Both the position numbers and the translations under genes were made by a program. Under the pieces are notes generated by a model. It worked only from the letters and a program-made list of their open reading frames with translations, searched no databases and was not told where the DNA came from. From NCBI RefSeq assembly GCF_001194135.2, contig NC_068987.1, positions 7,464,809 through 7,509,894 of the forward strand: a stretch of 45,086 nucleotides of DNA. The letters run 5' to 3'. This DNA is from Octopus bimaculoides (taxonomy: Eukaryota). Below, in pieces: positions 11,688 through 24,586 of the stretch (position 1 is the first letter of the stretch; each line of letters begins with the position of its first letter).

Positions 11688-14600
11688 GTCATTACCGAAA
11701 CATAGACACAAAGATTGGTCTCAACTAATAAGCGTAACGACTGGATTGAAGCGGATTTAGAAATACCGTTAATTCTTTACTTAGAAACAGAGTATCGAAA
11801 TAATGTATGGGGAATAAGATATTATAAAATGAGAGCCAATATTTATCCTCTATCAAAATAAGCTAAATATAACTAGATTGAAAGAAGTTCATGGTTTATT
11901 TTTTTTTTTTGGTTTTGGATTCATCAGCGGCACCCATGAGGTATTTGGTTGCGGCTGGGAATGGAAACCGGGTCACAGGATATATTTACGGAAAATAGCA
12001 ATCTACTTTAATGCACTTTCAATTAATCGATAATCATTATAAACAGAGTTAGCGCCGTTTCATTGTACGTTTTTTCTTTATTCGGGTAAAAACACCAAAG
12101 ATCACCATTTTTGCCATATAACAACATCCAACCAAACTTTGATGGAAAGGGAAACTATAATAAAAATAACAACATAATAGGAGAGAAAATAGAAAAAAAA
12201 AGAACTCTGCAGAAACAAGCATAGAAATAAACAAGCAAAAATATAGTGTATGGGGGTAAAAAGAGAGACAAGGGAATGAAAAGATATAAAAGAAAATGGA
12301 GGGAAAAAAAACGGAAACAGAAAACTAGACAACAGAGAGACATGGCTGAATGTAATAAAAAAAGTAATACTACGACGCGTAGATAGACAAGTGGAGATGA
12401 AAAGTAAGGATTTGATGAAGAAGGGAGTCTAATTGACACAGAAATAGAAAGAGATGCAGGGAAAACGGTAACCCTGATTCTAAAATACAGAAGCCAATAG
12501 GGGCAAAAGCCAGCAAAGCCAAAGAAATGGAAGGAGAGGCGGATTGATTGTGGTAACAAGACATTTAGTATTATCCATGCGTACACATACATACATACAT
12601 ACATACATACATACATACATACATACATACATACGCTATTTACTTTTTCTCCATCGCTCTCTCACGCACACTCACCTTCTATCTCTCACCCTCTCTCTCT
12701 GTGTCTCTGTGTGTGTATATCATATATATATATATANNNNNNNNNNNNNNNNNNNNNNNNNNNNNNNNNNNNNNNNNNNNNNNNNNNNNNNNNNNNNNNN
12801 NNNNNNNNNNNNNNNNNNNNNNNNNNNNNNNNNNNNNNNNNNNNNNNNNNNNNNNNNNNNNNNNNNNNNNNNNNNNNNNNNNNNNNNNNNNNNNNNNNNN
12901 NNNNNNNNNNNNNNNNNNNNNNNNNNNNNNNNNNNNNNNNNNNNNNNNNNNNNNNNNNNNNNNNNNNNNNNNNNNNNNNNNNNNNNNNNNNNNNNNNNNN
13001 NNNNNNNNNNNNNNNNNNNNNNNNNNNNNNNNNNNNNNNNNNNNNNNNNNNNNNNNNNNNNNNNNNNNNNNNNNNNNNNNNNNNNNNNNNNNNNNNNNNN
13101 NNNNNNNNNNNNNNNNNNNNNNNNNNNNNNNNNNNNNNNNNNNNNNNNNNNNNNNNNNNNNNNNNNNNNNNNNNNNNNNNNNNNNNNNNNNNNNNNNNNN
13201 NNNNNNNNNNNNNNNNNNNNNNNNNNNNNNNNNNNNNNNNNNNNNNNNNNNNNNNNNNNNNNNNNNNNNNNNNNNNNNNNNNNNNNNNNNNNNNNNNNNN
13301 NNNNNNNNNNNNNNNNNNNNNNNNNNNNNNNNNNNNNNNNNNNNNNNNNNNNNNNNNNNNNNNNNNNNNNNNNNNNNNNNNNNNNNNNNNNNNNNNNNNN
13401 NNNNNNNNNNNNNNNNNNNNNNNNNNNNNNNNNNNNNNNNNNNNNNNNNNNNNNNNNNNNNNNNNNNNNNNNNNNNNNNNATATATATATATATATATAT
13501 ATATATACTTGATAAATTCTTGTAAAAGAATTCGTCCTATTATTGAATTTTATATACCTATATATACATATATATGTGTGTGTGCGCGTGTGTACCTATG
13601 CGTGTGTGTATATGCATATATGTATGTGTATTTATGTATGTATGTATGTACGTAATGTCCCCTCGTGTGTGCATGTACATATACGTATATAGGAATGTGT
13701 GAGTGTATTTCCTTCCGATTATCTTTAAATGTAAAAAGTTAAAGACCAGAACCAAAACACACACAAAATAGATCAACATCTAAGATTTTCTTTCTCATTC
13801 GTTAGTGATTATATTTAGGTCGATCTTGCTTACCATTTGACTTCCATCAGTAACACTGATCCGGCTATTGAATGGAACAATCTATTTATTCGACACTCAG
13901 GCCTTATACAGTATTTATTCACGGCTTCAATCTTGTTATTAAATCTCAATACCACTCTAGTCTGTTTCTTTTATTTTTATTATATATTTCACGAAATTAT
14001 TCCTAGTCGGTTGTCATAGGACAGTCAGTAGTGTACTAGATAAACACCGCCATCATGTGAAAGAGGGACTTAAACTAACAAACAATTTTTATATCAACAA
14101 ACATTAAATGTGTATAATGGTATTAGAGAACGTTTGTAATGTTACTATGTTGGATTATGACGATGATGGTGCTGGTAGTGGTACGGATGGTGGAGGTGAG
14201 GATGATATTAAGGCCGTTATTACACAAACACACACAAATATACACACATATATACATACATGCGTGTGTGTGTATGGATGTAAGGACGTATGTAAGTGTA
14301 TGCATGTATATACAAATATATGTATATATACTTATATACATGCAAATATATACTACGACCCCTTGTGCGTGTGTGTGTACAAATGATGAAACGTCATTAT
14401 TGTTGGTTTGCCATAAGTATAAATGTTTTAATTCATATTTTCTAATCGATTGATCGATTTATGCTGATGCAGACTCCCCATTCGCTAGTTGTAAACATTT
14501 TACCCACTCTACATCGCCAGCTTCATTGTTATATTCTTAAAACTTCTTCTGTGATGGGTTCAAACGGTAACTTTTCCTCCAAGACGAATTACAATATCTA

Positions 14601-14709
14601 AATTGAAATCATATTGGCGTAAACATTGTTTGTCAACTTTCTCAGAACGAAAGAATAAATATCAAGCCTATATCTTGAGTATGGAGCGCAAGTGTAATTT
14701 CAATAAAGA

Positions 14710-15410
14710 ACAAAATAAGAATTTTTAATACTAACGTAAAAGCGGTGTTATTGTATGGGGCTGAGACATGGCGAACAACAATTAAGTCAAATAAGCAAAT
14801 ATTGGGTTGTCCGGAAAGTTCGTGCCAATTTTTAAAGGAAAGAAAAAGGTTAATAAATACTTGCCATTACATTTTTAATCAACCAAATATGAACCATTTT
14901 GTTGTACGATGCGTCTCCATCTTTCCTTTAACTTGAAAATACCCTCTTACCAGAATTGAGGTGGTTTCATGGCAAATAAGTCGAAAGGTAAACTACTATA
15001 CATCGGCACGAACTTTCCGGACAACCCAATACAATCATTCATCAACAGATGCTTGCGTAGTATACTTAAAATCAGATGGCCCGAACACATAAGCAATATG
15101 GAGCTATGGCAAAGAACGAATCAAGTTTCGATTAGGGAGCAAATATTTAAGAAAAAGTGGAAGTGGATTGGTAGCACAATTATAAAAGACACCAAATGTA
15201 GCGAAAAGTGCTTTACAGTGGAATCCGGATGGATATAGAAAGAGGGGTAGGCCTAAGAACTCGTGGCGTAGATCAACACGAAAGGAACTAGAGTAAGGGG
15301 GACATTCAAAGCCGAGTATAAGTACAGAAGCGAAAAATTATGCGACATGGAATTCAATTATAAGTGGCCTATACTCCGTGTTGGGGGGGTTAAAGCCAAG
15401 AAAAAATATA
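14710..15410 (+). mobile_element. RTE-clade LINE 3' end, interrupted by a MITE
   Basis: KIRIFNTNVKAVLLYGAETWRTT..KQI|QSFINRCLRSILKIRWPEHISNMELWQRTNQ...KWKWIG...ALQWNPDGYRKRGRPKNSWRR, the typical RTE post-RT C-terminus; frame is restored exactly when 14802-15031 is removed. Confidence 0.92.
14802..15029. mobile_element. 228-bp mariner-type MITE
   Basis: Perfect 25-bp TIRs TTGGGTTGTCCGGAAAGTTCGTGCC / GGCACGAACTTTCCGGACAACCCAA with TA duplication (14800-14801, 15030-15031). Confidence 0.95.
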
Positions 15411-15469
15411 TATTGAGTAAATAGGAAGGAGTTGGGAAGTATTTCACCTTTATTCGTGCTCTACACTTA

Positions 15470-15590
15470 CGTTGGTTTCCATAGCGTATAACTGACTGAG
15501 ATTGCAACGCTCCCTCCTGAACTGGACGCTAGTCCGTCGCAGAATTAATTCCCTAATTGCGGTTGCAATTCATTTAGAGTTGAGTGAACA
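15470..15590 (-). mobile_element. Family-C-like SINE 3' fragment
   Basis: Reverse complement CTGCGACGGACTAGCGTCCAGTTCAGG...TATACGCTATGGAAACC. Confidence 0.6.
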
Positions 15591-15730
15591 GCTTTTAGGA
15601 GGGGGCGGTGGACCAGAGTGTAGGAAGGACGTAACGGACTTCCTCGCCGGGCTGCCGGGCTGCCGCGCCTCTCGGAACAGGATGCCAGGTGTAGTGAGGG
15701 ACCGATCACGCTTGAGGAGATAATAGAGGC
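15590..15730 (+). mobile_element. Tx1/L1-clade LINE ORF2 fragment (EN-RT linker)
   Basis: Removing an 8-bp duplication (GGGCTGCC x2) gives DVTDFLAGLPRLSEQDARCSEGPITLEEIIEA, matching the F...LP.LS....EGPIT.EE..EA pattern of L1/Tx1 ORF2. Confidence 0.7.
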
Positions 15731-15962
15731 CTTCTTCTCCTTCTTCTTCTCCTTCTCCTCCTCCTTCTTCCCCCTCTTATTCTTCTACTTCTTTCCTCTT
15801 CTTCTCCTTCTCCTCATCCTCCTCATTTTCCTTCTTTTTTCTTCCTCTTCTTATCCTCCTCCTCCTTCTCCTTCTTCTTCTCTTCTTTCTCCTTCTTTTT
15901 CTTCTCCTCTTTCTTCTTTTTCTTCTCCTCTTTCTTCTTCTCCTCCTCCTCCTCCTCCTTCT
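15730..15962. repeat. (CTT/CCT)n polypyrimidine tract
   Basis: Direct reading. Confidence 0.9.
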
Positions 15963-16134
15963 CGATATTTGCGATATTCGGGCAGAAGTTTACGTGTTAA
16001 GAAAGCTTTTAACTCATTAGACATAACGATTTAAGGTGTGAAAAAAGAAACAGCAAGATCAGATGTAAATTCAAAAAAAAAAAACACAAACAAAGAATTG
16101 AAGAAAGGGAAAAGAAAGGTAATAGAATGAAGCA

Positions 16135-16217
16135 TATATATGTGTGTGTGTGTATATATGTATGTATATGTGTATGTATATATGTATGTATATATATGCA
16201 TTTGTGTGTGTAAATGC

Positions 16218-16258
<41 letters not shown>

Positions 16259-16501
16259 TAGATGTAGGTATGTATGTATGCGTGGATGCATGTATGTATA
16301 TGTGTATATTGTATATATATAGTTACATATACATATTCACTTACACATACATACACAATGAAAAATACATATGAATGTATATAATTGTGTATGTAGGTAT
16401 ACACATATCTATATGTATGTCTGCATGTATGCATGTATGCAAATATAAATATACATATAATCACATATAAGTATATACATTCAAATCTACATACATGCAA
16501 C

Positions 16502-16592
<91 letters not shown>

Positions 16593-16614
16593 GGGAGATA
16601 GNNNNNNNNNNGGG

Positions 16615-16652
<38 letters not shown>

Positions 16653-16753
16653 TCAGATAGACAGGTAGGTAGGTAGGTAGGTAGGTAGGTAGGTAGACAG
16701 GCAGATAGACAGGCAGAATACGGATAGACAGGCAGACAGAGAGAGAGAGAATT

Positions 16754-16800
<47 letters not shown>

Positions 16801-16860
16801 AGGAAAGAAAGAAAGAAAGAAAGAAGGAAAGAAAGAAAGAAAGAAAGAGAAAAGAGAAAA
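16135..16860. repeat. Compound microsatellite (TA, TATG, GATA, GACA, GGTA, GAAA)
   Basis: Direct reading. Confidence 0.95.
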
Positions 16861-17949
16861 GGCACCAAGCAGACAAACTTACAAACAGGAGTTTAGTTTG
16901 TAAATATAGTAGAAAGAAAGAAAAAAAACAAGAAATGCCGGCTACAGTAATTGGTATGCGGCATCGGATGATAGAGTGAGTTTTGTCAAGCATCCAACAA
17001 GTTTATAACGATTAGGAAGAACGGTTGAGATGAAGACATGTTTTTAACATTTGTTTTACCTCGTCTTGACGTTGCCAGTGTCCCGCGAGGTTACGCAGGA
17101 AATGCTCCATATCCATCTATATTCATTTCCATTTGTAGTTGTCTTTCTTCGAGGCATTAGATTAGATTAGATTAGATGTAGGCGTATATGGTGTGGGGTG
17201 TGGGGGCGTGTGTGTTTGTTTGGCTTTTTTTGCTGTTTGCTTTGTGTTGTTGTTGTTTTTATTGATAAGTAGGCAGAAAGATAGTCGGACATGTGTCTGT
17301 ATATCAGTATGCATCGCTCTCTCTCTCTCTCTCTCTCTCTCTCNNNNNNNNNNNNNNNNNNNNNNNNNNNNNNNNNNNNNNNNNNNNNNNNNNNNNNNNN
17401 NNNNNNNNNNNNNNNNNNNNNNNNNNNNNNNNNNNNNNNNNNNNNNNNNNNNNNNNNNNNNNNNNNNNNNNNNNNNNNNNNNNNNNNNNNNNNNNNNNNN
17501 NNNNNNNNNNNNNNNNNNNNNNNNNNNNNNNNNNNNNNNNNNNNNNNNNNNNNNNNNNNNNNNNNNNNNNNNNNNNNNNNNNNNNNNNNNNNNNNNNNNN
17601 NNNNNNNNNNNNNNNNNNNNNNNNNNNNNNNNNNNNNNNNNNNNNNNNNNNNNNNNNNNNNNNNNNNNNNNNNNNNNNNNNNNNNNNNNNNNNNNNNNNN
17701 NNNNNNNNNNNNNNNNNNNNNNNNNNNNNNNNNNNNNNNNNNNNNNNNNNNNNNNNNNNNNNNNNNNNNNNNNNNNNNNNNNNNNNNNNNNNNNNNNNNN
17801 NNNNNNNNNNNNNNNNNNNNNNNNNNNNNNNNNNNNNNNNNNNNNNNNNNNNNNNNNNNNNNNNNNNNNNNNNNNNNNNNNNNNNNNNNNNNNNNNNNNN
17901 NNNNNNNNNNNNNNNNNNNNNNNNNNNNNNNNNNNNNNNNNNNNNNNNN

Positions 17950-17986
<37 letters not shown>

Positions 17987-17987
17987 T

Positions 17988-18145
17988 ACGACTGGCTTCT
18001 TTCAGTTTCCGTCTACCAAATCCACTCACAAGGCTTTGGTCGGCCCGAGGCTATAGTAGAAGACACTTGCTCAAGGTGCCAAGCAGTGGGACTGAACCCA
18101 TAACCATGTGGTTGGTAAGCAAGCTACTTATCACACACCCACTCC
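17988..18145 (-). mobile_element. Family-B SINE 5' half
   Basis: Near-identical to 42277-42433; runs into (TA)n and a gap. Confidence 0.92.
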
Positions 18146-18195
<50 letters not shown>

Positions 18196-18317
18196 CAATA
18201 AAAAAAATGGAGGGGAATATGTGGTACTCATCAACTTGCAGACATTGTATAGAATTATGGATTTAGGAACTTAAAATAAATTCAAGAATGAAGTATATAA
18301 TCATAATTAACGTATTT

Positions 18318-18663
18318 ATGTTATTAAGAAGTTCACTTGGTAACCACGTGGTTTCGGATTCAGACCCACTTCGTGACACCTTGGGCAAGTATCTTCTATT
18401 ATAACCCCGACCAATTAATGGCTTGTGAGTGGACACAATGTGCAATGCTATATGTATATGTAAGTATTGTAGGTGCTTTTGTGTTTGTGATTGTCTCACA
18501 CCACTTGACAACCGGTGTTGGTTTGTTTATGTCCCCGACGACATAGCGGTTCTGCAATAGGTGACAAACTTGCAAAATAATTACTGTGGTCGATTTGATC
18601 CTCTAAACCTTTCTGATCAGTGCCCCACCATGGCCTCAGTCCAATAGCTGAAACAAGTAAACG
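18318..18663 (+). mobile_element. Old full-length family-B SINE
   Basis: CORE-like GTGACACCTTGGGCAAG, short internal TATG tract, second half CTTGACAACCGGTG..., tail GTGCCCCACCATGGCC...TGAAACAAGTAAA. Confidence 0.8.
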
Positions 18664-19247
18664 ATGAAAGCCAAATGATAGGAAATGAAATACAATTTGA
18701 AAGGTTAAGTGGGGTGTATAACAGGGAGTGTATAATAGGGAGTGGGTAGATGAGTGTAGGAAGCAATGGTTATTAAAGTAAATAAGAAGTTAGAATTAAC
18801 ATAAAATTAACATAAAATTAACATAAAATTAACATAAGAGATATATGTCAGTGGATCTAAAAGATAACTTCTGCGTATTCAAATTGTTTTATAACATATT
18901 TTGTGAGATAATCTTTCTAACATATTTGTGTAAAATGGCGTGTATAAATCAGAAACATTGCCAGATTGTAGTTGGAACTTTCTCAAAAGGTTATGATTCT
19001 CAGGTCGACCTACCGAAATTAAATCAGATTTTTTCTTAAATAGCATATAATCCTTTTGTTAAGAAATTCAGTTTATCTGTGAGACACAGCTTGCTTCTGT
19101 AGGATTCGTTTGAGCAATGGCTGATATTTTCAATAACATCAGCTCTTGCTCGAGGGCTGATGTTATTGACTAGATTATATTTTAATTTATTGCTTTTTGA
19201 AGACTTCAAGCACTTTTAGGCATTGACAAAGTGCTTCATTGCTCTGA

Positions 19248-19331
19248 AATCTGAAATCTGTTATACTCAACATCTAATATTCCGATATTCATATCGGAAT
19301 ATTAGATGTTGAGTATAACAGATTTCAGATT
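19248..19331. repeat. Perfect inverted repeat, 41-bp arms and 2-nt spacer
   Basis: AATCTGAAATCTGTTATACTCAACATCTAATATTCCGATAT-TC-ATATCGGAATATTAGATGTTGAGTATAACAGATTTCAGATT. Confidence 0.97.
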
Positions 19332-19514
19332 AGTTAGCTGCAAAAGTGTTATAATTTTTGTCCATATCACCAAGTAAAAAGGCCTCGGCACATCAGAAAA
19401 GCATTTTTCACTGGGAATCAAAGACGTTCCGATAACACAGTCAGAGGTCCAGACATGTTTTGTGTGTAAATTTGTTTGTCATGATATCGCAAGATTTTCA
19501 GTGCAACTGTAACT

Positions 19515-19819
19515 CACGGTGTCACAGTATCGACCAGATTATCCGATATTGTTATACATCGCTGGTGACAATGCACTTCGCATTGTTTTAGCATTCGAAT
19601 GACGCTACCCCGCTAGCTAGGTGAGCAGGTCAGTGGACCCTTGGATCGGAAGGTCATTCCGTCACACGGTTACCCTTTTACAGATGAGTGGTCTGAAGCA
19701 ACATGAAACGAAATATTTTGCATAAGAACACGGTGCGCCCCCTTCCGGTCCGGGAATCGAACCCGTTATCAAGCAATCGTGAGGGCAATACCCTAACCAC
19801 AATATCATGCACCTTCACA
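19515..19819 (-). mobile_element. tRNA-derived CORE-type SINE (C-like head, different tail) with 11-bp TSD
   Basis: Reverse complement has GTGGTTAGGG, B-box GGTTCGATTCCC and CORE-like ACTCATCTGTAAAA; TSD CAACTGTAACT at 19504-19514 and 19820-19830. Confidence 0.8.
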
Positions 19820-19886
19820 CAACTGTAACTAACCTTCGTCATTTGTTTATTAATGCGTTTGTGGTATTAATATCTGTTGGAGAAGT

Positions 19887-20105
19887 AAGGCGGCGTGCTA
19901 GTAGCAGCCTTAGAATGCCGGTAAAAATGCATAGCAGCATTTTGTCCGTCTTTACGTTCCGAGTTTACATTCCGCCGAGATCCAATTTGCCTTTTATCCT
20001 CCATAGATCGATAAAATAAGTACCTGTTGGATACTGGGATCGATGTAATCGACTTACCCTTCCTGCCAAACTGCTGGGGTCCTGTTCCATTGGAAGAGCT
20101 TAATT
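19887..20105 (+). mobile_element. Diverged family-A SINE
   Basis: AAGGCGGCG head and GATCGATGTAATCGACTT central motif. Confidence 0.85.
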
Positions 20106-20886
20106 AAACCAATATCCATTAGAGAAGAGCTTAATTACTAGAAATAAAGCCTAGTAAATATTTTGCTCCATTAATAGCTAAAAGATGAATTGATCCAAAT
20201 AATTTTCCTTCTATTTATATTTTTGTATGTGATATTTCAGTGTTACATTTACAGTATTTTATCCTTAAAGCCACTCTTTACCAACTACTCTGTGATGCAT
20301 TGTTTTTTTTTTCCTTCCTTTTATGAGATATAGTGTGAAATCTTCTACCATTAATCTAATCTGTATGCATGATGTATAATCTACTGCTTGACTCGACGCA
20401 CACTGGCTGGCTGTTTATGTGTTGCTGATTTTTATCTGTGAAATTTTAATAAAAGAATCTGATCACGCTGTTTTAATAGTGATTAAGATAACAAGTTGGA
20501 TTGTGTATGTATGTTAAGTGTTGATAGTTACACAGACGTCTAGCTACATCTGCCGTTGGTAACGCGATGGACTTATGGCATAACACTCAACACCTAATTT
20601 GCATAACACTGCAAAATTAATCAATATGTCGGCCGTACTGCGTTTCGTTTCTCTTGAGCAAAACGTTATCTGCGATTCACCAGTATCCTATCCAGCTCTC
20701 ATAACATTTAACACTCATGCTGTTTCGCATGATTACTTAATCCTCTCCAGGTCATCAACCTTGTGGACTTGCCGTCATACCCGTCTTTTTTTTTTTTTTT
20801 TTGTTCTTCCAAAAGTTGTTCATTTACGAATGTTCCAGTCTCGAAGATCAATCTCATCAGTCTTAGAGGCCTGTTAATGTCTTCAG

Positions 20887-20935
<49 letters not shown>

Positions 20936-21138
20936 AATTAAATATTTAAAGGAAAAAATGGAAGACCTGAACTAGGCGTTGAACTCTGTTGATTCTTGTG
21001 ATTGTAAGGACCATTTTGCTAAACGGTATTCTTGTAGGATCCTGACTATCATTTAACATTAATGGTGGAGATGTGGCATCTTCTGTCATTATGACATTAC
21101 GCGCATTAATATTCTATAGGAATATCAATAGATAGGCA

Positions 21139-21210
21139 TATCTATCGATCTATCTATCGATCTATCTATCGATCTATCTATCGATCTATCTATCGATCTA
21201 TCTATCTGTC
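21139..21210. repeat. 12-bp minisatellite (ATCTATCGATCT) x~5
   Basis: Direct reading. Confidence 0.9.
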
Positions 21211-23047
21211 TATCTACCTACCTACCTACCAATCCATTTATCTATTTATATATATATACATACATAAATACAAGCACATTCGTGTGAAGCAGCAGCAGCA
21301 GTAATAGTAGTAGTAGTAGTAGTAGTAGTAGCAGCAGCAGTAATAGTAGGACGACGACGACTACGTCGACGAGAAGGAGGAAGACAAAGATGAGGAGAAG
21401 TAAAGCAAACTATTTTCCAGAATACAGAAACAAAATTAATTCAAGGAGTACAACCCGTGTACCATGAGAGGATCACAAAAACATCACATATAACAATGCA
21501 GTAAACATCTATTTGCTGTCACTATAGAACGGACAAACCTCGCGTCACACATCACACATAAAACTCAAGTCATTATGCATTTCTCCTAACCAGAAAACTG
21601 TACCACGATATGCATTATTATTAATCATAAACTAACTCTTAATAACTTACTGCAAGAAAAAGGAAGCAAATATCTTCTTATCAACAACAAACCACAATTG
21701 TGTAAGACGTGAAAAAAATGAACAAACGCGCAGTTGTCAACTTCATGAGACGAATACACGCATAGGACACACAAGCTAACACACAACCTCACAGGTTTAT
21801 CATGCACTTACAATAAGAAACATGAAAGAATACGACGTTATCGCTTTATTCCCTCCACTCTTCTTGTTTAATACACCCATGAAAACTGAGTAACTGTTAT
21901 GAAATCAATCGAAATGACCAAACATAATCCTAAACATAAAATACAACACAATACGATAACAAGCTAAGGCCTGACTTCAATGGTCGAAAATTTTAATATC
22001 CGGTATCAATGAAAATCAAGAGATCCAACACAACAATTCTGCGCTTCTATCGCTTTTGAAGAAAAAAAAATCAATGCTAATCTGGCTTTCTAGCAAGCTT
22101 CATCCATATGATAATGCCGACTCTCAAAGTTATTAGGAACCTTATGAGATAAACATCCCAAGTAATAGACGACCATTAAAAAAAAAAACTACCTAATATG
22201 GGAAATATATACAAAAAACGTTTATGACAATCACATCAATTGTCTTTACCATACATATGTGTATATATATATGTTTATATATGTATGTATGTGTTGTTAG
22301 GAACTTAAAAACGATAAAAACTTTTTATCGGATAACGTTAAGTTAAACACGTAAACAGACAGTTTTTGATGCTACACTGTAAGATCAGGATGAAGTCCAT
22401 TGTCAAAATGGGGGAAGCTAGGTGTTATTAGCTAAAACTGTGAAACTGTAACAAATTGGCGAGACATTGGCAAACCCTTATAATCAAAGATAATTTTGCT
22501 CCCCAGTTTTTTCTGTGAGTTGCTCAATTGGATTATGGAAGCTGTGATTGCCCTGTTTAGTTTATGCACTTCGTGCTTTGTGTCAGGCATTTATTTTATG
22601 CTCCAGGAATTCGCCAGAACTTTTGTCAAATTTTAAATAATTTCTGTCACATCTGGGTGAGTACAAAATATCTCTTAAGTTATGTTATGTTATAATATTT
22701 GTGTGAATTTTGAACCCTGCATTTGTAGCGGGTTGTGTAGTAATTTCGCTAGCTATTTTCTGTTAAAATAAATGTTAAAATTTGTATAAATAACTAAAGG
22801 GTGTATGAATTTAATTCTTTCATGTAGCCAAATTTTTGCATTAGACAACTATAAATGTTGTCTAATGGTTACTCAGCAGGCTCGTATGAAGCAGTTTTGT
22901 GTGAATTTAAAGCAAACTAGCTTTTTTTTTTTTTTTTAATATTTGATTTTTTTTAAACTATAATTATTGATGTAGTCTGGCAGCCGTTTTGTGTCATAAA
23001 CTGTTAGTTTAAATGGTTGCTTTGACGTTAGATTTATTTATGTTTAG

Positions 23048-23232
23048 ATCCAAGGTTCGAAATCCAAGGTTGAACACCGAATTTGTGAAGACAGATTTTC
23101 TGACATTCCAAGGTTCGAATTCAAAGATTCAAAATCCAAGGTTCGAAAACCGAATTTGTACTAAAATGGAAATCCAGATTTTATGAAATCCAAATTTTTG
23201 GAATTCATCTTTTTGATAAAACCAAATTTGTG
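23048..23232. repeat. Degenerate tandem array of CCAAGGTTCGAA / CCGAATTTGT motifs next to a gap
   Basis: CCAAGGTT at ~23050, 23065, 23108 and 23136; CCGAATTTGT twice. Confidence 0.7.
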
Positions 23233-23699
23233 NNNNNNNNNNNNNNNNNNNNNNNNNNNNNNNNNNNNNNNNNNNNNNNNNNNNNNNNNNNNNNNNNNNN
23301 NNNNNNNNNNNNNNNNNNNNNNNNNNNNNNNNNNNNNNNNNNNNNNNNNNNNNNNNNNNNNNNNNNNNNNNNNNNNATATGTTACAATTGTAAATATTTT
23401 GACCGCACGACTGGTGTGGCATCGTTTTTTTTTTTGTGTTCGTGTGTATATTTTTCTATGTAAGCTGTTTTTTTTTTTTCAAGCTGACAATTGTTAATAT
23501 TTTACAAAAAGTTTTATGGTGTGTTTTGGGGTTCACCCTATCCTCGTTTATTCTGTAAATTCGGGTTATGGCCACCAGGTCGTAACAGTATGTCCCAGAA
23601 TGCACTTTGTTTCTCCTACTTCCAGTCACTTCAGAAATGCAACCACGCTTAGATTATTGGCGATTTTGTTTCTCCTTCTTCCCTTTGGACTATCCTGGT

Positions 23700-23760
23700 T
23701 TTCCTTTTTCCGAAGAAGAGCCATGTTCGAAACGTAAAACATTATTTTCTTTCTCTGAGG
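23700..23760 (+). mobile_element. Possible Penelope-like pLTR / degenerate hammerhead remnant
   Basis: CCGAAGA-A-GAGC-CAT-GTTC-GAAA-CGT resembles the CTGAAGA..stem..CGAAACG motif of Penelope-like element ends. Confidence 0.4.
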
Positions 23761-23835
23761 ATCATTAATATATTGTTTGTGCTACGTTCTCTCTTTTTTT
23801 TTCTTTTTTTCTTCCAATTAACTATGTATGTACAA

Positions 23836-24062
23836 AGGCGTAGCCGTGACTGTATAGTAATTAATTTGCTTCCAAACCACATGGTTCTGGGTTCAGTCCC
23901 ACTGCATGGGTCCTTGGGCAAGTATCTTCTACCACAACCTCAGAGCAAACAAAGCCTTGTGAGTGGATTTGGTGGACAGAAGCACGTGCGTGTGTGTGTA
24001 TGTATTTGTCTCTCACCACTGCTTCACATCCTGTATAGTTTGTTTATGCCCCCGTAACTTAT
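23836..24062 (+). mobile_element. Family-B SINE, 3'-truncated
   Basis: GGTTCAGTCCCACTGC...CCTTGGGCAAG...GCCTTGTGAGTGGATTTGG, GT tract, CCCCGTAACTT. Confidence 0.85.
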
Positions 24063-24150
24063 CAGGAATAGTTTTAAGATGTGGGTTACAAATGTTAAAA
24101 GTTAGGAAAGCACTAGTTTAAGAAAGTCTTGACAGTATGAAGATGAGCAT

Positions 24151-24586
24151 AAGGTGGTTAGCTGGCAGAATCGTTAACCCCCGCGCAAAATGTGTAGTGA
24201 AATTTCGTCCGTCTTTACGTTCAAATTCCACCAAGGTCGACCGAACATTTCATTCTTTCTGGATCGATAGAATAAGTACCAACTAAATACTGGGGTTGAT
24301 GTAATCGACTTACCTCTCCCCCGAACTTAATGGCCTTCTGCCAAAACTTGAAGTTAATACTAAGGTGATGATTAAGGCGGCGGACGGACAGAATCGTTAG
24401 AACGCGGGCAAAAATGCTTAGCGATATTTTGTCCATCTTTTCGTTCTGAGTTCAAATTTCGCCGAGGTCAACCGAACACTTCATCTTTTCGGGATCGATA
24501 AAACGAGTATCATTTGAACACTGGGGGTCGATGTAATCGACAAGAATCCGCCCCGAAATTGCTAGCCTCGTGCCAAAATATGAAAC
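24151..24586 (+). mobile_element. Head-to-tail dimer of family-A SINEs within one 18-bp TSD
   Basis: Monomers start at 24151 and 24374; flanks CAGTATGAAGATGAGCAT (24133-24150) / CAGTATCAAGATGAACAT (24587-24604). Confidence 0.8.

Noticed and set aside
12544-13655. Long ORFs of 270-320 aa here and at 17162-18201, 33593-34359 and 34707-35565
   Set aside because: Length comes from N runs translated as X plus (TA)n flanks
20600-20770. Possible LINE endonuclease remnant (LMTWRG...ELDRILVNRR on the minus strand)
   Set aside because: Too few conserved residues and several stops; cannot be supported without a search
20946-21113. Minus-strand 56-codon open frame after a plausible acceptor
   Set aside because: No convincing donor and no recognisable homology; compatible with chance
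23048-23232. CRISPR-like repeat-spacer array (also considered for 26454-26780 and the SINE clusters)
   Set aside because: Units are degenerate, spacers are irregular or mutually similar, there are no cas genes, and the context is eukaryotic
23710-23740. Second functional hammerhead
   Set aside because: Core reads CCGAAGA rather than CUGANGA, and no UH cleavage triplet or stem I/III follows; kept only as a PLE-like remnant
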